DNA from: Scyliorhinus canicula
Lineage: Eukaryota
Assembly: GCF_902713615.1 (NCBI RefSeq)
Contig: NC_052172.1
Span: 372,001 to 436,000 of the forward strand
DNA length: 64,000 bases
Direction: 5' to 3'
The position numbers and the translations under genes were made by a program. Positions within the stretch are counted from its first letter, which is position 1. Every line of letters begins with the position of its first letter. Of this stretch, positions 46,101 to 58,800 are shown one piece after another. The notes below the pieces were generated by a model. That model was not told where the DNA came from. It saw only the letters and a list, made by a program, of their open reading frames with translations, and did not search any database.

Positions 46101-49100
46101 ATCCTGTATGTATCAGTCTCCGGTACAGTATGTCATTACTGTTTCCCTTCTTGATCTGTCACAGATGGTACTGTGTAGGAAAGTAGGATTTCCACAGCAA
46201 CATCCTCTCTGATACATATATCTTTTAAGAAAGTTGATTGTAGTTCTTCTAACTACAATTGTAATAGGTCAAACTTCCCATAAGTCAGCCAAATCCTGTA
46301 TATGTCACTGTCTATTGTACTCTGTTTCCCAGAGTTTCTGATGCATAGATTCTGGGTTTGTACTGCAACCTTACGTTTCAGAAAAGGGTAGATATTAATC
46401 TCTATTTCTTTAAATAGATGAATGGAAGCATTTTTATATTCATAAAGCTGCCAGTATGTGGTATATCTGTCCCGCTTTTCACTGAGAATGTCCACTGCTG
46501 CCATGTGAGTGTTGTTTTCACTCTGTATATTCCAGTGAATTGGAACATTGTGTTGTATCGTGCCTCTATCACAGTTTTCAGTGTGGCTCTAAGTGTTAAT
46601 ATGTTCACCTCAGTCTCTCATAGCTCAGTATCTTATTTTGTTTTATCTACTCATTTGAGTTCCTGAAAACATTAAAGTAAACTATTCAATCTTTTAAAAT
46701 TTCTGATTCATTAAGACATAGTTTTCTCTACTCCTATCCATTCTGATGTGACAAAATTGAATAATTGTGCACTTTTCTGTCACAAGTATATGAATATATT
46801 GTCTGCGTCTTTTGGTTTCTGAAACGTAATTGTCACGTTTTAAATTTATTACAAGTGTGTTTTTGGTAAGCGAATGTGGATTATGATCTGCACCTCCTCT
46901 TTTCATGTATGAGATGTCACCTTCATGTTTATTCTGTATATTTGAGTTGTACATTGAGTTAATGTACAATTTTTAATTTACAAATTGAAAAAGATGTTTG
47001 CATTTTCTTGTCCGGTATCCTAAAAAAAGTTGGGGTGTGGTCCGATACACAAACAACAGCTCATTGTGAGGTTGCCAGGGGTAGTGAGTGTGAATTTGAC
47101 ATTTCATCAGCAGTTTCCATTCTTTGCCAAAAGCTCTGTGCCAGATTTATCCTGTATCAGTCCCTGGTACTTTGAGAATCTATGGGAATATTCCCCATTT
47201 CACTGTCATCAAATATAGTGCAAAATCTCCTATAGAGCCCGTGTTGGGTAGTTGTCTGTGTGTGTGTGGGTGCAAGTGGCCCTGCGCCCCAGGGGTCATC
47301 CAATCACCTTTGTAGCTGTGTGTTTGTCCCAATGAGATATTCAATTTGCAGTCATTGCCTGCAGCTTGTTTGTTATTACACTTTCACTCAGCCACTGAAA
47401 CTCACACTTTCTGCAAACTAACATTTCACTGATTCACTTCATTATCACCCATTTCCAATTTCAAAGTGAATTTGATTTGTACAATCAACTGCTTTACTCA
47501 CTGATCTAATTTTGCACACACTCCTGGTTTAGCATATTCCTAGTTTTCTCACTCTCCTGGTTTCCGCAGCCCCTGGTTTAGACATTTGCCTGGTTTAACA
47601 CACACCCCTGCTCACACACTCTGGTTCTTCACACACACGGCTATTTGTTATCATATCCGGGAATTAAATACTGTGCTGTTCTACACACTCCCCTGGTTCG
47701 CTCACTCCCCTGCTTCGCTCGCTCCCCTGCTTCGCTCGCTCCCCTGTAATAGAATTACATAAACTGGGAGTGTGTAAAGTCAGGGATATGCAAAGATGTG
47801 GGTGCAAGTGTGTTAACAAGGAAAGTGTGAAAAAGTAAGTGATTGTGCCAGCTGGGTGTCTGTGAACCGGGATTGTGTAAAACCTATGAAGTGTGTAAGC
47901 CGAGCAGTGTGCAAACCCAGTGATTGTACAATACATGTATAATTTGAGGCTGTAATACCAGGTGTGTGTGTGTAAAACCAGGTGTGTGTGTGAGTAAAAC
48001 CAGGTGTATAAGTATGTTTAAGAGAGGATTGTGAAAACCCGACAATTACACAATATGACTGTGTGTATTAGTTGAAATGGGTAAAACCTGGGGAGTTAAA
48101 TCCAGGAGTTTATAGAATTTGTGGTGAATGTGAACCAGGGGAGTGCTTAAAAGCAGAAGAGAGTGGACAAGAAAAGCATGTGTAAACTTGCAGAGTGTGT
48201 AAAAGCAGGGGAGTGTGTAAAGCCAAGCAGGGGAGTGGGTAAATATGGGGAGTGTGTTAACTATTGGAAATGTGTAAACCGGTGTCGTGTGTGGAACAGG
48301 GGAGTGTACTGAGCAGATGAGTGGGTTAACCAGGATAATGTGTAAACCATAGGACTGTGTAAAACAAGGAGAGTGTGCAAAACAAGGGGAATATTGAAAC
48401 CTGTGAATGTGTGAAATGAGGGGAATTGGGAAAATGAGTTATGAGTCTAAACAGAGGGGGGCTGAGTTCAGAGGGGGCAGCTCACACGTGGAGGCTCTCC
48501 ACTACAATCAAAAACACCTTCAAGTGCAACAATTGAAATATTTTGGAAAGTTTAGAATTTGGCATAAGGAAGCACTTACCAGAGTACTGGGGAAGAGAAA
48601 AATAGGACTATTGGGGTGAGTGACTAAAGAATTGTAAGTGAAGACATAGTGCCAGCATCATGGGCGGCTCCTCCACTGGTGCCGGCAGTTCGGGCTGATC
48701 AAAGGAGAACTCTGTCTTTTTGGAGGTGTGTTTTGCCCCTCTTCTTGTCTCCTCCCGTGGGTCTTTACTTCTCTCTGTCTCGTGGGGTCTCTCTCCCCTT
48801 GGTCCCTTTTGTCTCTCTCTCTGTTTTCGTTCTTGTTTGAATTGTGGGCCTCTCTCCATTTCTCAGGGTTTTGTTCACCTTCTCTCTCTCCGGGGCTGGG
48901 GTGATTGACGACTGCATCGTGGGTGGTCTCCTGCGCAGGTCCCGGCACTTCGGGCTTCTCAGCCCGATCGGAGCAGAACACCATTTTATTGTCTCCTCAT
49001 TGGTTTTTTATTTTTAAACACGAGGAACTGAAATAAGGAAGGACACAGACTCTGAATTTATCAGGACATTGGGGCTGACCTGGCCATGTGCAGAGCTGGA

Positions 49101-50476
49101 TTTAACAGGGCCAAAGCAGCGCTGTACGAAAGCGGCGTACACTTAAGAATGTTATATCCACCCAAGCTCTGTGTCACATACCAGGGCAAAAAATATTGTT
49201 TTTAAGGCCCCAACTGAAGCAGATACGTTTGTCACAGACTGCGGGCTGGGGCCATGACCACAGGAGAGGCGGGAGGGGTCCAGGCGAAGAGCGTCAGCGC
49301 ATTGGCAACCCAACAATTGGAAGGGGGAGGGGGAGGGGGAACCTCACCCCTCCTCCACCCCCCACAACACAACTGACTGACGAAGTGGGGAAGATGCTGG
49401 CCCTATACGTGCAGACAAGGGCAAAAGGTGGAGGACCAAGTATCGGGCATGATGTGGAAAGAACATACAGAAACCACAGAGATTGGGTGGGAGGACAGTG
49501 GGACAGTAACTCCCGGGAGGAGGGTCAGCACACTAGCAGGAGAGCTAACACCGGGAACATGCAGCAGATAGAGGCCACGGGGGGGGGGGGGGGGGGGGCA
49601 GTGCCTGGCAGGGGGAGTGGGAACAAACAGCGGGGATGGAAAAGTATAGGGGAAAGGGGACAGAGGGGGAGGGGAAGGGAAAGGAGATGGGAGAGGGGAG
49701 ACGGGAAGGGGAGGTATGGGAAAAGGGACCTGGTAACCTGGAATGTCAAGGGACTTAAAGGATCAGTCGCTTCATGGGGCAGTGGGAGGTTCACCCACCC
49801 AGGGCAGCAGGATTTCTCCGTGTTCTCACCAGTCCACAACATATACTTGAGGAGTCACTTCTTTCTGGTTGGAAAATCGGTGCTCCCAGGGCTGGTCAAG
49901 GCGGAGTCTCCATAATCGTAATCTCAGACCATGCTCCACATTGTATGGATGTGAGGTTGGAGATGGGCAGTACCAATGCCACACATAGAGGTTGGACGCT
50001 GCCCTACTGGCCAACATGGCTTTCAGCGAGAGGGTATCACAGGCCATAGCGGAGAATACGACAAACAACCAAAATGGGGAGGTCTCAGCCTCCGTGTCTG
50101 GGAGGAGCTAAAGGCCATGATTGGAGGGGAAACTATTGCCTTTAAGCACAAAGGGAGAGAGGAGAGAGTGGTTAGGCAGCAGTCGGCCCCAACCAATAGA
50201 GCTCTTGGCAGAGATGGAAAAGCTACAAATGGACTTTGACCTGCTCTCCACGAGTAAAGCAGTGCACCAACTCCACCAAGCACGGGGAACCCTATACAAA
50301 CACGGGGACAAAGCCAGCCGCCTGTTGGCACACCAGCAGAGAAGGCCAGCTGAGCAGCCAACAGAAAGATTGTGCAAATTTGGGACAACAGAGGCACACT
50401 ATAAACAGACCCAAACAAGGTTAACAAGACATTTGAGGAATTTTACCGGTGACTGCGCACCTCAAATCCCCCAACA

Positions 50477-52892
50477 ACTAAAAAGGAGGACCTCAAAGGT
50501 AGTAATCTCAGGATTGCTACCAGTGCCACGAGCTAGTCAGAGTAGGAATGTCAAGATAGATAGGATGAATGCGTGGCTCGAGAGATGGTGCAAGAGGGAG
50601 GGATTCAAATTCCTGGGGCATTGGGACTGGTTCTGGGGGAGGTGGGACCAGTACAAACCGGACGGTCTGCACCTGGGCAGGACTGGAACCGATGTCCCAG
50701 GAGGGGTGTTTTCTAGAGCTGTTGGGGAGGGTTTAAACTAATGTGGCAGGAGGATGGGAACCGATGCAGGAAGTTGGAAGGTAGTAAAACAGGGACAGAA
50801 GCAAAAGGAAGTAAGGGGAAAAGTGCAAGGCAGAGAAGACATAGTCAAAAATCTAAAAGGGCGACAGTACAAGGTACAGTCACTGAGGGGAGCTCACTGA
50901 ATAGGCCCAGTAATAACAAAAGGAATAAAACTGGATATGTTAAGATTCAAAACAGAGGTGAAAAAACCAACATAAGTGTACTTTACCTCAATGCTCGTAG
51001 TATTCGGAATAAAGTAAATGAGTTGATGGCACAAATCATCGTAAATGACTATGATTTAGTGGCCATTACTGAAACATGGTTAAAGGATGGTCACGACTGG
51101 GAGTTAAATATCCGAGGGTATCAAACTATTCGGAAGGACAGAGTGGATGGTAAGGGAGGTGGTGTTGCTCTGTTATTTAAGGATGACATCCGGGCAATAG
51201 TAAGGGATGACATCGGTGCTATGGAGGATAAGGTTGAATCCATTTGGGTGGAAATCAGGAATAGTAAGGCAAAAAAGTCACTGATAGGAGTAGTCTATCG
51301 GCCACCAAATAGTAACGTTATGGTGGGGCAGGCAATAAACAAAGAAATAACTGATGCATGTAGAAATGGTACAGCAGTTATCATGGGGGATTTTAATCTA
51401 CATGTCGATTGGTTTAACCAGGTCGGTCAAGGCAACCTTGAGGAGGAGTTTATAGAATGTATCCGCGATAGTTTCCTAGAACAGTATGTAATGGAACCTA
51501 CGAGGGAAAAAGCGGTCCTAGATCTTGTCCTGTGCAATGAGACAGGATTGATTCATGATCTCATAGTTAGGGATCCTCTCGGAAGGAGCGATCACAATAT
51601 GGTGGAATTTAAAATACAGATGGAGGGTGAGAAAGTAAAATCAAATACTAGTGTATTGTGTTTAAACAAAGGAGATTACAAGGGGATGAGAGAAGAACTA
51701 GCTAAGGTAGACTGGGAGCTAAGACTTTATGGTGGAACAGTTGAGGAGCAGTGGAGAATCTTCCAAGCGATTTTTCACAGTGCTCAGCAAAGGTTCATAC
51801 CAACAAAAAGGAAGGACGGTAGAAAGAGGGAAAATCGACCGTGGATATCTAAGGAAATAAGGGAGAGTATCAAATTGAAGGAAAAAGCATATAAAGTGGC
51901 AAAGATTGCTGGGAGATTAGAGGACTGGGAAATCTTTAGGGGGCAACAGAAAGCTACTAAAAAAGCTATAAAGAAGAGTAAGATAGAGTATGAGAGTAAA
52001 CTTGCTCAGAATATACAAACAGACAGTAAAAGTTTTTACAAATATATAAAACAAAAAAGAGTGGCTAAGGTAAATATTGGTCCTTTAGAGGATGAGAAGG
52101 GAGTTTTAGTAATGGGAAATGAGGAAATGGCTGAGGAACTGAACAGGTTTTTTGGGTCGGTCTTCACAGTGGAAGACACAAATAACATGCCAGCGACTGA
52201 TAGAAATGAGGCTATGACAGGTGAGGACCTTGAGAGGATTGTTATCACGAAGGAGGTAGTGATGGGCAAGCTAATGGGGCTAAAGGTAGACAAGTCTCCT
52301 GGCCCTGATGGAATGCATCCCAGAGTGCTAAAAGAGATGGCTAGGGAAATTGCAGATGCACTAGTGATAATTTACTGAAATTCACTAGACTCTGGGGTGG
52401 TCCCGGTGGATTGGAAATTAGCATACGTGACACCACTGTTTAAAAAAGGAGGTAGGCAGAAAGCAGGAAATTATAGGCCAGTGAGCTTAACTTCGGTAGT
52501 AGGGAAGATGATGGAAACTATCATCAATCTATCATCTGGATAGAAATTGTCCCATTGGGCAGACGCAGCATGGGTTCATAAAGGGCAGGTCATGCCTAAC
52601 TAATTTAGTGGAATTTTTTGAGGACATTACCAGTGCAGTAGATAATGGGGAGTTGGTGGATGTGGTATATCTGGATTTCCAGAAAGCCTTTGACAAGGTG
52701 CCACACAAAAGGTTGCTGCATCAGACAAAGATGCATGGCATTAGGGTAAAGTAGTAAGGGTTATGGTGTTCGGGCCGGAAAGTGGAGCTGAGTCCACAAA
52801 AGATCAGCCATGATCTCATTGAATGGCGGAGCAGGCTCGAGGGGCCAGATGGCCTACTCCTGCTCCTAGTTCTTATGTTCTTATGTTCTATG
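50477..52892 (+). mobile_element. CR1 LINE: ORF1 end, uninterrupted EN-linker ORF (50741-52378), partial RT, deletion, 3' tail
   Basis: YLNARSIRNK, AITETWL, GDFN, SDH endonuclease motifs; KSPGPDG; (TTCTTATG)n tail. Confidence 0.93.
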
Positions 52893-55800
52893 CACTGCCA
52901 TGCTTTATACATTCCCCTGATTCATAGGTCCCCCTGCTTTGTATACTCCCCTGGTCCTTGTTTTCGGCCTGCATGGAGCTTATACTCTCCATGATCTCTC
53001 TCAGTTCTAGCAGTGCTCCCAGGCCCCGTTTCCTGTCCTCCCACAGAACTGGCAAGTCCAGTCCATCGAGGAATAGCTTCATCCACGAGTCCCCCGAGTT
53101 TGCACTGAGTGCTGAATTGGTGTATTTGAGTGCTATAGTGAGAGTTTGGTGACTGAGGGAGTGCTGCATTTGGTTCATTTGAGTGCTACAGTGAGAGTTT
53201 GGTGACTGAGGGAGTGCTGAATTTGGTGCATTTGAGTGCTATAGTGAGAGTTTGGTGACTGACGGAGTGCTGAATTTGGTGCATTTGAGTGCTATAGTGA
53301 GAGTTTGGTGACTGGGGGAGTAAGGTGCTCCTTTCATTTAATTTCCTCAAAGAACGAGAAGGGATCCAGGAGATCACAGAGTGCAGCTGACTGGGAGCAG
53401 AGTCAGAGGGTGGAGTGCCAGTTGATCCACAGGGCAGCTATATTCTGTAAGGTAAGAGGGGATGGAGGCAAGGGCAGTTGCATACTCCTCCTGTAGGATG
53501 TGGGTGATGAGGGATACCACCGGTGTCCCCTCTGACTATATATGCGGGAAGTGCACCCAAGTCCAGCTCCTCGGAGACCGTGTTAGGGAACTAGAGCTGG
53601 AGCTGGATGAACTTCGGATCATCCAGGAGGCAGAGGGGGTAATAGGGAGTTACAGGGAGGTAACCACACCCAAGGTGCAGGACAAGAGTAGCTGGGTTAC
53701 AGTCAGGGGAAGGAAAACAAACGGGCAGACAGTGCAGGGATCCCTCGTGGCCGTTCCCCTTCAAAACAAGCATACTATTTTGGATGCTGTTGGGGGATGA
53801 CCTACCGGGGGAAGGCCCTAGCGTCCAGGTCTCTGGCACTGAGTCTGGCTCTGGGGCTCAGAAGGGAAGTGGGGGAGAATTGAAAAGCAATAGTAATAGG
53901 AGAGCCAATGGTTAGGGGAATAGATAGGAGATTCTGTGGTCGCGAGCGAGACTCCCGGAAGGTATGTTGCCTCCTGGGTGCCAGGGCCAGGGATGTCTCG
54001 GATCGTGTCTTCAGGATCCTGAAGGGGGAGGGTGAGCAGCCAGAAGTCATGGTGCACATTGGTACAAACGACGTAGGTTGGAAAAGGGGTGTGGAGGTAA
54101 TAAACAAGTTTAGCGAGTTAGGCTGGAAGTTAAAAGCCAGGACAGACAGAATTGTCATCACTGGTTTGTTGCCGGTGCCACGTGACAGCGAGGCTAGGAA
54201 GAGGGAGAGAGTGCAGTTGCACACCTGGCTGCAGGAATGGTGTAGGAGGGAGGGCTTCAGGTATTTGGATAATTGGAGAGCATTCTGGGGAAGGTGGGAC
54301 CTGTACAAGCAGGACGGGTTGCATCTGAACTGGAGGAGCACCAATATCCTGGGGGGGGTGGTTTGCTAGTACTCTTCGGGAGGGTTAAACTAATTTGGCA
54401 GGGGAATGGGAAACGGATTTGTAGTTCAGCAACTAAGGAAGACGATATTCAGCTCACCAAAGCGTGTAGTGACGCAGTGGGGAAGGTAACACTGACAAAG
54501 GAGAGTACTTGCAGGCACGGAGATGGGTTGAAGTGTGTATACTTCAACGCAAGAAGCATCAGGAATAAGGTGGGTGAACTTAAGGCATGGATCGGTACTT
54601 GGGACTAGGATGTGGTGGCCATCACGGAAACTTGGATAGAAAAGGGGCAGAAATGGTTGTTGGAGGTCCCTGGTTATAGATGTTTAAACAAGATTAGGGT
54701 GGATGGTAAAAGAGGTGGGGGGGGGGGGGGTGGGGGTGGCATTGATAATTAGAGATAGTATAACAGCTGCAGAAAGGCAGTTTGAGTAGGATCTGTCTGC
54801 TGTGGTAGTATGGGTTGAAGTCAGAAATAGGAAAGGAGGGCAGCACGGTGGCACAGTGGTTAGCATCGCTGCCTACGGCGCTGAGGACCTGGGTTTGAAT
54901 CCTGGCACTGGGTCTGTGAGGAGTTTGCATATTCTCCCCGTGCCTGCGTGGGTTTCGCCCCACAACAACCCAAAGATGTGGATTGGCCACGTTAAATTGC
55001 CCCTTAATTGGAAAAAAATAATTGGGTACTCTAAATTTATTTATTTTATTTAAATAGGAAAGGAGCAGTCACCTTGTTGGGAGTTTTCTATAGCCCCCCC
55101 CCCCCCCCCCCCCCAATAGCAGCAGAGATGTGGAGGAACAGATTTTGGAAAGGTGCAGAAGTCACAGGGTAGTAGTCATGGGTGACTTCAACTTCCCAAA
55201 CATTGAGTGGAAACTCTTTGGATCAAATAGTTTGGATGGGGTGGTATTTGTGCAGTGTGTCCAGGAAGCTTTTCTAACACAGTATGGAGATTGTCTGACC
55301 AGAGGGGAGGCCATATTGGATTTGGTACTTGGTAATGAACCAGGGCAAGTGATAGATTTGTTAGTTGGGAAACATTTTGTAGGTTGTGACCACAATTCTG
55401 TGACTTTCACTTCAGTAACGGATATGTGCGTGCAACAGGACAAGATTTACAATTGGGGGAAAGGTAAATACAATGCTGTAAGACAAGAATTGAAGAGCAT
55501 AAGTTGAGAACATAGGCTGTCGGGGAAGGACACAAGTGAAATGTGGAACTTGTTCAAGGATCAGGTACTACATGTCTTTGATATGTATATCCCTGTCAGG
55601 CAGGGAAGAGATGGTCAAGTGAGGGAACCATGTTTGACAAGAGAGGTTGAATGCCTTGTTTAGAGGAAGAAAGAGACTTGTGTAAGGCTGAGGAAACAAG
55701 GTTCAGACAGGGCGCTGGAGGGATACAAGATAGCCAGGAGGGAACTGAAGAAAGGGATTAGGAGAGCTAAGAGAGGGCATGAAAAATCTTTGGCGGGGAG

Positions 55801-58800
55801 GATCAAGGAAAACCCCAAGGCCTTTTACACATATGTGAGAAATATGAGAATGACTAGAGCGAGGGTAGGTCCGATCAAGGACAGTAGCGGTAGATTGTGA
55901 TCATCCTCACTGTCAACAGCGGTGGTACCAGGGGATTGGAGAGTGGCGAATGTTGTGCCTCTGTTCAAAAAAGGGAATAGGGATAACACTGGGAATTACA
56001 GGCCAGTTAGTCTTACTTCGGTGGTAGGCAAAGTAATGGAAAGGGTACTGAGGGATACGATTTCTGAGCATCTGGAAAAACACTGCTTGATTAGGGATAG
56101 TCAGCACCAATTTATGAGGGGTAGGTCTTGCCTTACAAGTCTTATTGAATTCTTTGAGGAGGTGACCAAACATGTGGATGAAGGTAAAGCAGTGGATGTA
56201 GTGTACATTGATTTTAGTAAGGCATTTGATAAGGTTCCCCATGGTAGGCTTATGCAGAAAGTAAGGAGTCATGGGATAGTGGGAAATATTGCCAGTTGGA
56301 TAATGAACTGGCTAACCAATAGAAGTCAGAGATTTGTCGTGCATGTGAATTATTCAGCCTGGAGCCCAGTTACCAGTGGCGTACCGCAGGGATCAGTTCT
56401 GTGTCCTCTGCTGTTTGTGATTTTCATTAATGACTTGGATGAGGGAGTTGAAGGGTGGGTCAGTAAATTTGCAAATGATACGAAGATTGGTGGAGTTGTG
56501 GATAGTGAGGAGGGTTGTTGACTGCTGCATAGATAGGATGCAGAGCTGGGCTGAGAAGTGGTAGATGGAGTTTAACCCTGATAAGTGTGAGGTTGTCCAT
56601 TTCGGAAGGCGAAATGTGAATGCGGAATACATGGTTAACGGTAGGGATCTTTGCAACGCTGAGGAGCAGAGAGATCTTGGGGTCTCTGTTGAAATGAAAT
56701 GAAAAATGAAAATCGCATATTGTCAGGGGTAGGCTTCAATGAAGTTACTGTGAAAAGCCCCTAGTCGCCACATACTGGCGCCTGTCCGGGGAGGCTGGTA
56801 CGGGAATCAAACTGTGCTTCTGGCCTGCTTGGTGTGCTTTAAAAGCCAGCGATTTAGCCCAGTGAGCTAAACCAGCCCCTATGTTCAGAGACCTTTGAAA
56901 GTTGCCACTCAAGTGGATAGAGCTGTGAAGAAGGCCTATGGTGTGCTGGCGTTCATTAGCAGAGGGATTGAATTTAAGCGCCGTGAGGTGATGATGCAGC
57001 TGTACAAAACCTTGGTGAGGCCACATCTGGAGTACTGTGTGCAGTTCTGGTCACCTCATTTTAGGAAGGATGTGGAAGCTTTGGAAAAGGTGCAAAGGAG
57101 ATTTACCAGGATGTTGCCTGGAATGGAGAGGAGGTCCTACGAGGAAAGGTTGAGGGTGCTAGGCCTTTTCTCATTAGAACGGAGAAGGATGAGGGGCAAC
57201 TTGATAGAGGTTTATAAGATAATCAGGGGAATAGATATAGTAGACAGCCAGAGACTTTTCCCCGGGTGGAACAAACCATTACAAGGGTACATAAATTTAA
57301 GGTTAATGGTGGAAGATATAGGGGGGATGTCGGAGGTAGGTTCTTTACCCAGAGAGTAGTGGGGGCATGGAATGTACTGCCTATGGAAGTAGTTGAGTCG
57401 GCAACATTAGGGACCTTCAAGCGGCTATTGGATATGTACATGGATTATGGTAGAATAATGGAGTGTAGATTAATTTGTTCTTAAGGGCAGCACGGTAGCA
57501 TTGTGGAGAGCACAATTGCTTCACAGCTCCAGGGTCCCAGGTTCGATTCCGCCTTGGGTCACTGTCTGTGCAGAGTCTGCACATCCACCCCGTGTGTGCG
57601 TGGGTTTCCTCCGGGTGCCGATCCGGTTTTCTCCCACAGTCCAAAGATGTGCCGGTCAGGTGGATTGGCCATGATAAATTGCCCTTGGTGTCCAAAATTG
57701 CCGTCAGTGTTGGGTGGGATTACTGGGTTATCGGGATAGGGTGGAGGTGTTGACCTCGGGTAGGGTGCTCTTTCCAAGAGCTGGTGCAAACTCGATGGGC
57801 CGAGTGGCCTCCTGCACTGTAAATTCTATGATAATCTATGATTAATCTAGGACAAAGGTTCGGCACAACATCGTGGGCCGAAGGGCCTGTTCTGTGCTGT
57901 ATTTTTCGATGTTCGATGTTCCCCTGTTGGGGGATCTGAGGTGTGCAGTCACCGGTAAAAGTCTTCAAAGGTCTTGTTAACCTTGTTTGGGTCTGTTTCT
58001 AGTGTGCCTCTGTTGTGCCAAATTTGCACAATCTTTCTGTTGGCTGCTCAGCTGGCCTTCTCTGCTGGTGTGCCAACAGGCGGCTGGCTTTGTCCCCGTA
58101 TTTGTATAGGGTTCCCCATGCTTGGTGGAGTTGGTGCACCTCTTTACTCGTGGAGAGCAGGTCAAAGTCCATTTGTTGCTTTTCCCTCTCTGCCAAGAGC
58201 TCTATGGTTGGGGCCGACTGCTGCCTAACCACTCTCTCCTCTCTCCCTTTGTGCTTTAAAGGCAATAGTTTCCCCGCCAATCACGGCCTTTAGCTCCTCC
58301 CAGACGTGGAAGCTGAGACCTCCCCATTTTGGTTGTTTGTCGTATTCTCCGCTATGGCCTGTGATACCCTCTCGCTGAAAGCCATGTTGGCCAGTAGGGC
58401 AGCGCCCAACCTCTATGTGGGGCATTGGGTACTGCCCATCTCCAACCTCACATCCATATAATGTGGAGCATGGTCTGAGATTACGATTACGGAGACTCCG
58501 CCTTGACCAGCTCTGGGAGCACCGATTTTCCAACCAGAAAGAAGTGACTCCTCAAGTATATGTTGTGGACTGGTGAGAACAAGGAGAAATCCTGCTGCCC
58601 TGGGTGGGTGAACCTCCCACCGCCCCCATCTGCCCCATGAAGCGACCGGGTTCCTTCGCCATGTTCAAGGTCTTCCCCATTCCGGGGTTTGACCTGTCCA
58701 TGTGTCCTGTACACAGTTATAGTCCCCCCCCCCCCTCCACCCGCAACCATGATCAGTCGGTGTGTCGCTATGTAGGGGATTTCTGCCTTTGTGTTGTTAA

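Noticed and set aside
50121-50741. 206-aa L1/CR1-esterase fusion ORF
   Set aside because: Chance in-frame junction between a decayed L1 and a truncated CR1; no ATG start or promoter
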